Positions 23,702 through 33,514 of a stretch of 64,000 nucleotides of DNA are shown here, in pieces. Source of the DNA: Gammaproteobacteria bacterium (lineage in GTDB: Bacteria > Pseudomonadota > Gammaproteobacteria > JAKDMP01). The DNA lies in NCBI GenBank assembly GCA_027018875.1, contig JALUYA010000032.1, positions 26,567-90,566 on the forward strand, written 5' to 3'. Every line of letters starts with the position of its first letter. Within the stretch, counting starts at the first letter, position 1. A program made the translations under genes and the position numbers. Under the pieces are notes generated by a model. It saw only the letters and a list, made by a program, of their open reading frames with translations. It was not told the origin of the DNA and ran no database searches.

Positions 23702-25213
23702 GTGAACCTCGCCAAGATCCACGCCCGGGCAACGGCGGGAATTACCGCCCCGGCGGTGCGGGTCGAAGTGCATCTTTCTCCCGGCCTGCCAGGATTCGCC
23801 TTGGTCGGGCTCCCGGAAGCGGCCGTACGCGAAGCCCGCGAACGGGTGCGAAGCGCCCTGATCAACAGCCATTTTGAATGGCCCGCCCGGCGGATCACCG
23901 TGAATCTCGCCCCCGCCGACCTGCCCAAGGAAGGTGGACGCTATGATTTGGCCATTGCGCTCGGTATCCTCACGGCATCGAGGCAACTCAAACCCCGGTT
24001 TGAACTGGGGACCCTGGAATTTCTGGGTGAGCTATCCCTCTCGGGGGAGATATGCCCACTGCGTGGCGCCCTGCCGGCCGCTCTTGCCGCCGCCCAGGCC
24101 GGTCGCGGACTGGTGCTACCGCGGGCCAACCTGCCCGAGGCAAGCCGGGTTGCGGGATTGGATGTCTATGCCGCCGAAAGCTTGCCCACCCTGGTCACCG
24201 CCCTTACCGAGGCAACCCTTACCCCCGCCGCGGTCTTTCCCACCCCGAATCATCCCGCCTATGCCGACCTCAGTGAAGTGCGTGGCCAGACCCGGGCCAA
24301 GCGGGCCCTGGAGATTGCCGCCGCGGGCGGGCACAGTCTGCTGATGATCGGCCCTCCCGGTAGCGGCAAGAGCATGCTGGCCGAGCGTTTACCCGGGCTG
24401 CTGCCGCCGCTCACGGAAGCCGAGGCAATCGAAACCGCCGCCATCGCCTCGGTCAGCACCCGGGGCTTCGATCCCGCCGCCTGGAAAAGACGCCCCTACC
24501 GGAATCCGCACCACAGTGCCTCGGCCGCGGCCCTGGTCGGCGGCGGTTCCGTGCCCGGCCCGGGCGAAATCTCCCTGGCTCACAACGGGGTTCTGTTTCT
24601 CGACGAACTCCCCGAGTTCGACCGGCGGGTCCTGGAGGTACTGCGGGAACCGCTGGAGTCCGGACGCATCGTGATCTCGCGCGCCACCCGCCAGGCCGAG
24701 TTCCCGGCCCGGTTTCAGCTCATTGCGGCGATGAATCCCTGCCCCTGTGGCCACCGCGGTGATCCCGACGGGCGCTGCCGCTGTACCCCGGATCAGGTCG
24801 CCCGATACCGAAGCCGGGTATCCGGCCCGATCCTGGATCGTATCGACATGCACGTAGAGGTTCCCCGGCCCAAAGCCGCCAGCCTGGCTCCGGGTCGCGC
24901 CCCCGACGGGGAAACCAGCGCCACCGTCGCCGCCCGGGTCGCAGCGGCCCGGGAACGGCAATACGCGCGGGCCGGCAGGCCCAATGCCAGCCTCGACACC
25001 GCCGCGCTCAACCGCTATTGCCGCCTGGATCCGCCGGGACGTACCTTGCTGGAGCAGGCCAGCGCCCGGCTGGGATTGTCCGCCCGCGGCTACCACCGGA
25101 TTCTCAAACTCGCCCTGACCATTGCCGATCTCGCGGGTAGCGACACCATCGATACCCCGGAGCTGGCCGAGGCGATCGGGTTTCGCACCCTCGATCGCCG
25201 CCTCGAACCCTGA
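23702..25213 (+). CDS. comM: YifB/ComM Mg-chelatase-like AAA ATPase
   Basis: NLAPADLPKEG, GPPGSGKS, PHHSAS, FLDELPEF, NPCPCG; intact. Confidence 0.93.
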   Translation: MNLAKIHARATAGITAPAVRVEVHLSPGLPGFALVGLPEAAVREARERVRSALINSHFEWPARRITVNLAPADLPKEGGRYDLAIALGILTASRQLKPRFELGTLEFLGELSLSGEICPLRGALPAALAAAQAGRGLVLPRANLPEASRVAGLDVYAAESLPTLVTALTEATLTPAAVFPTPNHPAYADLSEVRGQTRAKRALEIAAAGGHSLLMIGPPGSGKSMLAERLPGLLPPLTEAEAIETAAIASVSTRGFDPAAWKRRPYRNPHHSASAAALVGGGSVPGPGEISLAHNGVLFLDELPEFDRRVLEVLREPLESGRIVISRATRQAEFPARFQLIAAMNPCPCGHRGDPDGRCRCTPDQVARYRSRVSGPILDRIDMHVEVPRPKAASLAPGRAPDGETSATVAARVAAARERQYARAGRPNASLDTAALNRYCRLDPPGRTLLEQASARLGLSARGYHRILKLALTIADLAGSDTIDTPELAEAIGFRTLDRRLEP

Positions 25214-25239
25214 AGGCGGCTTGAACCGAACCCCATCAC

Positions 25240-25633
25240 GTGGCAGACCAAACACTACCCGGGCTTGCAGAAAAACGCCATGGAACCGCCGCATCCCGCC
25301 GTGTCGCCATCGCCGGTGGGATGCGTATTCCATTCTGCCGCGCCGGAACCCGCTACGCCGAAATCAGCAACAAAGAGATGCTGCGCCACGTACTGCGGGT
25401 CCTGGTTAAACGCCACGGGCTGAAGGGTCAGCGCCTCGGCGAGATCGCGACCGGCTCAATCGGCACGGCGGCAGTATCGCTATCGCCCATCCCTTCGCGG
25501 CCACCGGGGCACGCATCGTCGCGACGCTGGCCAAGGCCCTGGCGCAAAAAGGCGGCAAGCGCGGGCCGACCCCTATCTGCACCGGCGGGGCACGGGCGTC
25601 GCCGCAATCCTCGAACCCGCATCACCCGCTTAA
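25240..25633 (+). pseudogene. Acetyl-CoA C-acyltransferase (FadI-like thiolase) remnant with a large internal deletion and frameshifts
   Basis: N-terminal RRVAIAGGMRIPFCRAGT...LGEI joined at ~25447 to C-terminal LNRHGGSIAIAHPFAATGARIVATLAK (other frame), then ICTGG / GVAAILE. Confidence 0.85.
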
Positions 25634-25709
25634 TCAATGCGGTTAAAAATCGGTCTCCGCCTCCCCGGGCGCCACGGATCCCGGCGGATCCGCTCCCGGC
25701 CGGCCCGGG

Positions 25710-28397
25710 CTATTTCGCGCTCATATAGCGATCGAAAGGTTCAGGCGGGCCGTCACGCTCGATTTGACTTAAAAAATCACAGAAATCCTTGGCGGCCATG
25801 GGTCGTGCCAACAGGTACCCCTGAATCTCATCACAACCCAGTTCATGCAAGGCGCGTAACTCCTCCTCTTTTTCCGCCCCTTCCGCCACCACCCGGGCGC
25901 CGAAGTCGCGCGCCAGGGAAATGATGCCCCGCACCAGGGCGGCCACATTCTTGTCCAGCAACATCCGTTGCACGAAGCTGCGATCGATTTTAACCACGTC
26001 GATGTTCAGGCGAATCAGATAGGCGAGGTTCGAATACCCGGTGCCAAAGTCATCCAGTGCCAGTCGGATCCCGTTGCTCTTGAGGATGAGCAGATCTTGT
26101 TCCTGCGCCAAGCCAAGGTCCAGCAGCTGGGTTTCGGTCAGCTCGATCTCGAGCATCGAATGGGCGACGTTGGAGTGTGCGAGCGTCTCCAGGGCCTTGT
26201 CCGAGAAATCCTGGCCCCGCAATTGCTGCGCGGATACATTGACCCCGATCGAAGGAGGAGATTTAACCAATCCATTCCAGATTTTCCACTCGGAAAGAGC
26301 CGTGCGCAGGGCCCACAATCCCAGGTCTTCGATTAGGCGGCTGCGCTCGGCAATGGGAATGAACTCTTCGGGGCTGATTGTTCCCAGCGAGGGTGAAACC
26401 CACCGCGCCAGCGCCTCGACCCCCGAAATTCGTCCGTCGGCCAGGGAAATACGGGGCTGAAAATAGAGGGTGAGTTCTTCATTCGCGACCGCCAGGCGCA
26501 ACTCCTCTTCGAGCTTGAGTAGCCGCATGGCGGCACGGTTCAAACTGGGTTCGAAGAACGCCACCCGCCCCCGCCCCTGGTCCTTGGCCCGATACATTGC
26601 CGTTTCCGCATTTCCCAGGAGCGTATTGACATCCGGACCGTCTTGCGGGAATACGGCGATGCCGATGGAGGCCATCAAATGCAACTCGAGCCCGAGCACC
26701 GTGTAGGTCCGACTCAGTGCATCGAGTATCCGCTGCGCCGCATCCCCGATGTCATTCGCCTCCCTCTGGTTACCCACCAGGACCGCAAACTCATCCGCAC
26801 CGATTCTGGCAACCAGATCCTCGGCGCCCAGGCATCCCTGCAAGCGGGAAGCCAGTTCGATAAGCACCAGGTCTCCGGTATCGTGCCCATGAAAATCATT
26901 GATATTTTTGAACCGATCCAGATCGACCAATAACACCCCCGCAAGACGGTTCCTGGATGCCATCAGCACCCGTTCCGCGCTCACCTCGAAAAACACCCGG
27001 TTCGGCAACCCCGTCAACTGATCGTAATTGGCCACGAAACGAGCCTGCCGTTCGGCCTCGCGCCTCTCGGTAATGTCCGTAATGACCCCTACGTAGTACT
27101 CGGGGTTTCCGCTCGCATCGCGCAGCAACCGGGCGGTATTCAGCCCGGTAAAATGCGTTCCGTCGGCACGCCGGTACTCCACCTCGACATCCCGGTACTC
27201 ATTTTCATGCATCAGTTTTTCACGTAACTTCTCACGCTGGGACGGATCGGCGTAAAAATCCTGCGGCGGCTGCGAAAGCGCGTTGGCCTCCGTTTTCAAT
27301 CCAAACATCCGCACCAGGCTTCTATTCACATAGACCAGGCCTTCTTGCAACGTGCCGCGGTAAACACCATCGTGGATATTGTCGGTTACCGAAGCCAAAA
27401 GATCGCGGTTTTCCCGCACCTCGCGGGTCATCCGCCGGGCGAGGTTCAGGGCCCGATTCCGGGTACTTGCCAAAACGAAAAAAAACGCCCCCAGCAGCAG
27501 TGCCATCAACAATCCGCCGACGAACACCCCATAGGCCAAGGGGCTTGCATTCACCCAGGCTTGAGACTGAATCCGCCAGGGCGTTCGCGGGATGCTCAGG
27601 TCGCTGGAAACTTTCCGCGCCAGCCCCAACCGGCGGGCGAAGGCCCCCGGCGGGGATCCGGCAAACATTCCGGCATAAAGCACCCGCCCGTGCCCACCGG
27701 AGCTATTCCCCCCGGTGATGATCCGCCAGTTCATGCCGCCGGCCTGAACCGGCGGAATATAAAATGCGTCCCGCAGCGGAACGCTCAAGACCACCCAGCT
27801 TCCCGCCGCGGAAACCCAGCGGACGAATATCAGGCCCGGAATCTCAATATGGTTGCGCAGCAAAAAAGTTCGCGCGGGAATCGTTATCCCCCGCTGTTTT
27901 TCCGCCCGTTGGAGCACCTGCCGGCCGACGGTTGGAGCACAACCATTAAAGCCTGCCAAGCGGGAGTACAAACCACCCGGCCAGACCCGATCCACCACGC
28001 AGTAGCGTTCGGCCGCGGCAAATCTCCTTGCCGCGGCCGGTGCATGCAGCCCGCGGTAAAAGGCTTTTATCGCGGAGGGGCTGACCGGGCGCAGGCGTAA
28101 AAGCGCCTCTCCGGTAATTTTTGGATCCGGCCATACCGTGTGGGCAAAACGCACCCAGTGCGCCTGGGTCGCCTGCGGCATGCTCCGGTTGTAGGCCGCC
28201 ATGGCGTTTAACAATGTCCGGTAGCGATCCAAGCGGGACTCCAGCGCATAGCGGGTGCGTTCCGCTACCAATCGCACTTTGTTGGCATCAACCCGGGTTT
28301 GCAACCTCGCCGCAACGTAGGCGACCCCGCCCGAAGCGGCAAGCGCCAGTGTCAATACCACGGTACCCAAGACCATGCCGCTAAGGCCTGCCCGCAT
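25710..28397 (-). CDS. Membrane c-di-GMP enzyme: CHASE-like + PAS + GGDEF (GADEF) + EAL
   Basis: Two TMs, PAS/PAC, DQLTGLPNR, DLDRFK, RIGADEF, EALARW, DDFGTGYS, QGY. Confidence 0.9.
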   Translation of the reverse strand: MRAGLSGMVLGTVVLTLALAASGGVAYVAARLQTRVDANKVRLVAERTRYALESRLDRYRTLLNAMAAYNRSMPQATQAHWVRFAHTVWPDPKITGEALLRLRPVSPSAIKAFYRGLHAPAAARRFAAAERYCVVDRVWPGGLYSRLAGFNGCAPTVGRQVLQRAEKQRGITIPARTFLLRNHIEIPGLIFVRWVSAAGSWVVLSVPLRDAFYIPPVQAGGMNWRIITGGNSSGGHGRVLYAGMFAGSPPGAFARRLGLARKVSSDLSIPRTPWRIQSQAWVNASPLAYGVFVGGLLMALLLGAFFFVLASTRNRALNLARRMTREVRENRDLLASVTDNIHDGVYRGTLQEGLVYVNRSLVRMFGLKTEANALSQPPQDFYADPSQREKLREKLMHENEYRDVEVEYRRADGTHFTGLNTARLLRDASGNPEYYVGVITDITERREAERQARFVANYDQLTGLPNRVFFEVSAERVLMASRNRLAGVLLVDLDRFKNINDFHGHDTGDLVLIELASRLQGCLGAEDLVARIGADEFAVLVGNQREANDIGDAAQRILDALSRTYTVLGLELHLMASIGIAVFPQDGPDVNTLLGNAETAMYRAKDQGRGRVAFFEPSLNRAAMRLLKLEEELRLAVANEELTLYFQPRISLADGRISGVEALARWVSPSLGTISPEEFIPIAERSRLIEDLGLWALRTALSEWKIWNGLVKSPPSIGVNVSAQQLRGQDFSDKALETLAHSNVAHSMLEIELTETQLLDLGLAQEQDLLILKSNGIRLALDDFGTGYSNLAYLIRLNIDVVKIDRSFVQRMLLDKNVAALVRGIISLARDFGARVVAEGAEKEEELRALHELGCDEIQGYLLARPMAAKDFCDFLSQIERDGPPEPFDRYMSAK

Positions 28398-28712
28398 GTT
28401 GAATCTACTCCCCACTATCAAGATAAGATCGCGGCCAAGATGAGTCAAAAATATGACAAGACGAAATTATTGCGCCTCGTTCCTCCCGCACGAATTTCTT
28501 GTATCTCTCCGGCCTGCCCATCCTACTAGTACATTCGTTCAAAACCCTAGCCATTCATGTTCAACTTAGCCATGTTTTCCCCGTCGGATGCATTTACCGG
28601 TAGTATAACGGGGTTTGGATGGTCGGTCCCTCACGGTGGGTAATCCCCATTCCCGGGTTTGAGTGCCCCGTGAATACACCGGCCTATCCGCTCCACCCGT
28701 GGGAATGCAGTT

Positions 28713-29909
28713 ATGGATGAACTACTATTGACTCGCCAACCGGTTTTCGATACCCGCCTGCAGGTGGTCGGCTACCTGCTGGAACACCATTTCATTGCCG
28801 GGATGGACAACGCCACAACCGCCGGAAATCACCAATCGCAAATCACCGCACTCATTGAAACCGGGCTGGAATATTTGACGGCGGAGCATCGTATTTTTAT
28901 CGCCACCACCCACGCTGATATCGAGTGGCTCATGGAACTTTGCGCCCCACACCCCCAGCTGGGAATCGCCTTGGAATATTCCCCCGACCTGGACCCCGAG
29001 GCCTCCTACCTGGCGCGGCTGTCGGCACAGCGGGGAATCAACCTGGCGTTGTTGAAATTCCCCTACACTCCCAGCCTGTTCCCCTTGTTTTTGCAAGCCG
29101 AAATCGTCATCATTCCGGGTGGGACGACCTCCCCATCCGAACTGGGCGCCTGGCTCCAGCGACTCCAGGGATACCCGGCCCGCGGGTGTGCTTCCGGGCT
29201 CGACACCCAAGCGGATTTCGACGCGGCCAAACAGGCCGGGTTCGAGTTATTCCAGGGTCAATTCCTGTCTCACTCCGATAGCTGGAGCAACCGCAAAATC
29301 CCTCCCAGCCTGATGGCTCCCCTGGCCTTGCTGGCACAACTCCAGAACCCGGAAATCGCCGTCAAGGATATCGAGGACCTGGTAAAGGCCGATGCGGCGC
29401 TCAGCTACCGGGTATTGCGCTGGGTCAATTCCGCCTATTACGGGATTGAGATCGAAATCGAGAGCATCAGCCATGCCATCGTCTATCTCGGCGTCGACCA
29501 ACTCAGGAATTGGCTCGGCCTCATGGCCCTGTCCGGCCTGAAACCCATCAGTGCGGAGCTTTTGGACATGGCCGCCATTCGCGCCAGGATGGCGGAGGTT
29601 CTCGCGCCCCTGCTCGGCCTGAACCCCGGCAAGGCCTTTACCCTGGGCCTGTTTTCCCTGCTCGATGCCATCATCCAGGCACCGATACGGGAAATATTGG
29701 TCTCGCTGCCCTTGAGCAAGGACCTGAAGGCCGCCCTGGAGGAGGGAACCGGGCCTTATGCCCGGCTGCTGAGCCTGATCAAAAATTATGAGCAGGGCCA
29801 CTGGAGTCAAGTCGTGAATACCCCCGTTCCTGCGGCTCAATTGGGAGAAGCCTATCTCCAGGCCATCGAATGGACCAATGCACATCGCCTCTCGGATACC
29901 CCCCGCTAG
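28713..29909 (+). CDS. EAL-like + HDOD signalling protein (YuxH/CdgJ-like)
   Basis: TRQPVFD...GY, GFELFQG, LSYRVLRWVNSA, GLFSLLDA. Confidence 0.8.
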   Translation: MDELLLTRQPVFDTRLQVVGYLLEHHFIAGMDNATTAGNHQSQITALIETGLEYLTAEHRIFIATTHADIEWLMELCAPHPQLGIALEYSPDLDPEASYLARLSAQRGINLALLKFPYTPSLFPLFLQAEIVIIPGGTTSPSELGAWLQRLQGYPARGCASGLDTQADFDAAKQAGFELFQGQFLSHSDSWSNRKIPPSLMAPLALLAQLQNPEIAVKDIEDLVKADAALSYRVLRWVNSAYYGIEIEIESISHAIVYLGVDQLRNWLGLMALSGLKPISAELLDMAAIRARMAEVLAPLLGLNPGKAFTLGLFSLLDAIIQAPIREILVSLPLSKDLKAALEEGTGPYARLLSLIKNYEQGHWSQVVNTPVPAAQLGEAYLQAIEWTNAHRLSDTPR

Positions 29910-30007
29910 CCAACCTCTCCTTGCCTGCCCCGCCCGGGCGACGCGGATCCCGGAAAGAGAACCCCAAATAGCTCACCCCCGGCACCACGCGCACCAGCTC
30001 GATTCGA

Positions 30008-30625
30008 TCATCCCCGGACCGGGTCCCCGGTATCATCGGGCGTACCGGGTGGGTCGCCTTCGGCCTCCAGGCGTTCATGACGTTCACGTAGAATGCGCCG
30101 ATGATAGCGAAAGGCCACCCGGGCGACACCCTGGCGCGCCGCCGGCGACATTTGCTCCAGGCGGGTCTCGATGTGCCACTTGGAACCATCCCCGGAAGGA
30201 ATCACTTGTTGCACGGTCGCCGGCAAGATCAGCGGCATCGGCAAACGCGAATTGAGATACACCTCGACCAGCAGGGTCGCGTCCCGCGGGGGTGCGGTAT
30301 CGCTCTCCCAGGCCAAGGTGTTCTCACCCAGAATCACCGGAACCACGGGAGGCGGCTCGAACTGCCGCCGCAGCCACATGCCGAACAAGGCGATCAGCAA
30401 GCCCAGCCGGGTCTCGGTCCGGGCCTGTGGATCCTCCCCGACCGGCGTATCCCGATAACTGCTTTCCAGCTCTTCCAGCCAGACCTGATTAGCCAAAAGC
30501 GCCTCATTGTCGTGCATGATGGCGTTCAGCACCCGGGTCTCGGGTATTACCGCTTCCCGCCAGCTCAGCCCGAGGCGTTGATGCAACTTGACCCCGTCAT
30601 TGCCGCTATGCGGATCCGTCTCCAT
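30008..30625 (-). CDS. Atypical (tetrameric-type) PilZ domain protein
   Basis: NEALL...RTETRLGLL helical region, beta domain, C-terminal FRYHRR; overlaps the fliS end. Confidence 0.6.
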   Translation of the reverse strand: METDPHSGNDGVKLHQRLGLSWREAVIPETRVLNAIMHDNEALLANQVWLEELESSYRDTPVGEDPQARTETRLGLLIALFGMWLRRQFEPPPVVPVILGENTLAWESDTAPPRDATLLVEVYLNSRLPMPLILPATVQQVIPSGDGSKWHIETRLEQMSPAARQGVARVAFRYHRRILRERHERLEAEGDPPGTPDDTGDPVRG

Positions 30626-31007
30626 TTCCGGCCACCTCGTTCCACGCAAGACGCAAATTTTCCACCACCGGGCGACATTCGGCAAGCAGTTCGGGATCAT
30701 TGAAAATGTTGGCCCGGGCCAGCCGGTCCAGGAGAAAGCGGTATAGGCCCTCCAGATTCATGGCCAGCTCACCGCCCGCTTCGAAATCCAGGGCGGCCAG
30801 AAGATGTTCCACCACGCGAAAGGCGCGATCCAGGGCCTGTGCCCGGGCGGAAACATCACCGGATTCGAATCCCTGGTAGGCGCGGCGCAGGTATTCGCTC
30901 AACCCGTCGAAGCCCAGGGCCACCATGCGCGCGGGATCCATACCGACCGCACGGGTGCTGCGATAGGCCGCTACCCCTATTCTGGTTACGGCTCCGTCTG
31001 CATTCAT
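30606..31007 (-). CDS. fliS: Flagellin chaperone FliS
   Basis: LDFEAGGELAMNLEGLY, LRLAW; after fliD. Confidence 0.92.
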   Translation of the reverse strand: MNADGAVTRIGVAAYRSTRAVGMDPARMVALGFDGLSEYLRRAYQGFESGDVSARAQALDRAFRVVEHLLAALDFEAGGELAMNLEGLYRFLLDRLARANIFNDPELLAECRPVVENLRLAWNEVAGNGDGSA

Positions 31008-31034
31008 GGTATCTCGCTCCCGAGTGTCCTGGAT

Positions 31035-32981
31035 TTAAGGGGTTTTGGAACCGGACCCACCCGTGCCGGTATTGGAGCCGGAATTAGTCCCGAAGTAATT
31101 GCTCAGGTAGGTTCCCGTCTGCTGCAACTGCGCCAGCGTCTGTTCCATCTGGTTGAACTGCGCCTGCAGCAGTTGGGTTTGCGCCTGCACATTCTGCTGC
31201 AGGGTGGAGATGCGCTGGTTCAGGCTGTCTATCGTTGAATTGATGCTGTTGGTAGCCGCCACAATCGCCCCGTTTTGGGTATCGAGCACATTGCTCAACA
31301 GGGGGTTGAGCTGCTGGTAGAGCCCACTGGAAACCGTAACCGAACCGATATTCCCGGTGGCCGCGCTGGTCAGGTTCAAGTTCAGGCCATAGGCCGCCCC
31401 GGTCCCCGTTACCTGCGCCTGCTGGCCGGTTCCGGTGGTGGCCTGGCCATTGACCGTTGCGACCACATCCACCCCCGTGCCCGTCAGCGTGGTGGTGCCG
31501 ATCCCGCTTTGCCCGGCAGCCGGCTGGTTCGATACCACGCTAAACTGCTGGCTGCTGCCATAGGCGGTGCTGTACAGCTTCAGGTATCCATTGCTGTTTA
31601 CCGCGGTGAGCCCATCGAGTCCCTGCTGGGTAAGCGCCGCGTTGATATCGCTGACGATAGTTCCGATGGTGCTCCCCGCGGCCAACGTAACCCCGACCGA
31701 GGTGGTACCCGAAGTGACAGTAAGGGTCTCGCTCGCGGCGATACCGCTTGCCGGCACCGCGCTCGAGCCGGTCAGGCTCGCCTGGCTGGCGGGAGTGGTG
31801 ACATCCACCGCATAGGTACCGGGCTGAGTCTGATCCCCGGCGGACACATACTGGATGCCGCTGCCGGTACTCGATCCGATGCGCCCGAACAGCCCGGCAA
31901 CCGCCGTGAAATTGTCCTGCAGCGCCGTGGTCAGGGTCCCGCTATCGAGGCTGAGGGTGCCATCCTGATTGATTGTCAACCCCACCGAGCCCAGCCCATT
32001 GTACTGGCTGCCCAGCGGGACTCCCTGGCCGAACCCGCTAATAGCATTGAGCAACTGCGTGCGCACCGATTGCACTTCGGGGTTCCCCAGCAGCGGTCCG
32101 GCGGTCTGGGTCGTGGCGTCATACTTGGTCAGGTCGTTGATGGTATTCATCGCCCCGTTGAAAGCAGTGACAAAGTCCTGGACCGCCTTGACCACGCTGC
32201 CGACATCCTGGCTGACCGTCAACGTCGCCGAGCCCGGCTGCAGCAACTGGATAGTGAGCCCCGGAACCGTGCCGGAAAGGGTATTGGTGGTGGAAGTAAC
32301 CGCGATGCCGTTGATGGTGGCGGCCGCATCCTGGGCCGCCGCGCTTTCGGTCATATTCTTGGTGGTGGCGTTATAGTTCAGGTCGGCAAGGCTCCCGGTG
32401 GCTCCCGAGACCGTCACGGTAAAGGCATTGGCGGCACCCGGCTGGGTTCCCGCCAGGGTGAGCCGATAACCGCTGCCGTCGTAAATAACCGCCGCCCTGA
32501 CCCCGGCGCCGGCACCGTTAATGGCGCTGGCGATGCCGTTGAGCGTATCGTTCGAGTTGTCGATGCTCAGGCTGAGCGGACTCCCCGAACCAACCTGAAT
32601 CTGTAGTGTTCCCGTGCCGACAACGGTCTGGTCGGCACTGGCGAAAGCGGCCGAATAAAGATCCTGGGCCTGCGCCAAGGCGGTAACCGACAGAGAATAG
32701 GCTCCCGGCGAGGCGGTATTGTCCACCGTAGCGGTGGCCACACCGGTGTTGGAACTGCTCACCGAGCGCTGGCTTAGCGTATTGATATTCGCCAGTCCGC
32801 CCAGGCCACTCTGCAACTGCGCCAGGCCGCTCTTGAAATTACCCCAGGCAGTGAGCTGCGCATTCTCCTGGGCCACCTGGGACTGGAGCTGCTTGATCGG
32901 CGCCTGATAAATCTGGGTCAGTTTTTGAATCAACTGGCCGGTATTGATGCCACTGATGATCCCGGGGATGGAAACGGTCAT
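31035..32981 (-). CDS. fliD: Flagellar filament cap protein FliD
   Basis: SGINTGQLIQKL, LAQAQ, AQDA, C-terminal QFNQME. Confidence 0.93.
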   Translation of the reverse strand: MTVSIPGIISGINTGQLIQKLTQIYQAPIKQLQSQVAQENAQLTAWGNFKSGLAQLQSGLGGLANINTLSQRSVSSSNTGVATATVDNTASPGAYSLSVTALAQAQDLYSAAFASADQTVVGTGTLQIQVGSGSPLSLSIDNSNDTLNGIASAINGAGAGVRAAVIYDGSGYRLTLAGTQPGAANAFTVTVSGATGSLADLNYNATTKNMTESAAAQDAAATINGIAVTSTTNTLSGTVPGLTIQLLQPGSATLTVSQDVGSVVKAVQDFVTAFNGAMNTINDLTKYDATTQTAGPLLGNPEVQSVRTQLLNAISGFGQGVPLGSQYNGLGSVGLTINQDGTLSLDSGTLTTALQDNFTAVAGLFGRIGSSTGSGIQYVSAGDQTQPGTYAVDVTTPASQASLTGSSAVPASGIAASETLTVTSGTTSVGVTLAAGSTIGTIVSDINAALTQQGLDGLTAVNSNGYLKLYSTAYGSSQQFSVVSNQPAAGQSGIGTTTLTGTGVDVVATVNGQATTGTGQQAQVTGTGAAYGLNLNLTSAATGNIGSVTVSSGLYQQLNPLLSNVLDTQNGAIVAATNSINSTIDSLNQRISTLQQNVQAQTQLLQAQFNQMEQTLAQLQQTGTYLSNYFGTNSGSNTGTGGSGSKTP

Positions 32982-32992
32982 TCAAGTTCTCC

Positions 32993-33445
32993 TCAAATCT
33001 TCGAATCCACAAATAACCCTGAACCCATGCCGTTGACCACCAGGCGCGCCACCACGGGCGAGGCCTGATCGGGCGGAATCCGAAAATAGACCTGGTGGGT
33101 CATGCGGTCTATCAACTGCAACACGATCCCGCTCCCTCCCTTGGCCCCGGATTCGCCGAGTCCGACCTGCAGTACCACGGCCGATCGTGGTGGGAAATGG
33201 GCCTGTACCTGCCTTGCCAATGCCTCGGCATGACGCAGTTCAGCCGCGGACGGAGCCGCGGATAGCGGGGACCGCCGGGCGCTCCGCGGGGCGCGTGCCC
33301 TCCCGTCGTCACGCTTGGTCTCCGACGCGATAACGGCTGTTCGGACGCCGCGGCGCGGAGCCTGGCCGGCAACGGCGGCGCCCGCGCGCGGTACCCCCGC
33401 TGCCGTGGGTTGCGGTGCGGGTTGAATGGTCACGGCATGAATCAT
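32993..33445 (-). CDS. flaG: FlaG-like protein
   Basis: LIDRMTHQVYFRIPP...GLFVD; between fliC and fliD. Confidence 0.65.
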   Translation of the reverse strand: MIHAVTIQPAPQPTAAGVPRAGAAVAGQAPRRGVRTAVIASETKRDDGRARAPRSARRSPLSAAPSAAELRHAEALARQVQAHFPPRSAVVLQVGLGESGAKGGSGIVLQLIDRMTHQVYFRIPPDQASPVVARLVVNGMGSGLFVDSKI

Positions 33446-33463
33446 GGCGCAATCCCGGTAAAC

Positions 33464-33496
33464 CTACGGGGCTCCGGATATACCGGAACCCCGTAG
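33464..33496 (-). terminator. Long hairpin downstream of fliC (terminator or stabilising stem-loop)
   Basis: Minus strand CTACGGGGTTCCGG-TATAT-CCGGAGCCCCGTAG, followed by only a short GTTT. Confidence 0.6.
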
Positions 33497-33514
33497 TAGC
33501 CATGGCGGCCCGAC

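Noticed and set aside
23702..25213. comM as a mobile-element integration site
   Set aside because: The gene is intact and no integrase or att repeats are visible
28398..28712. c-di-GMP riboswitch in the intergenic region
   Set aside because: No GEMM-type motifs recognised; an Rfam scan would settle it
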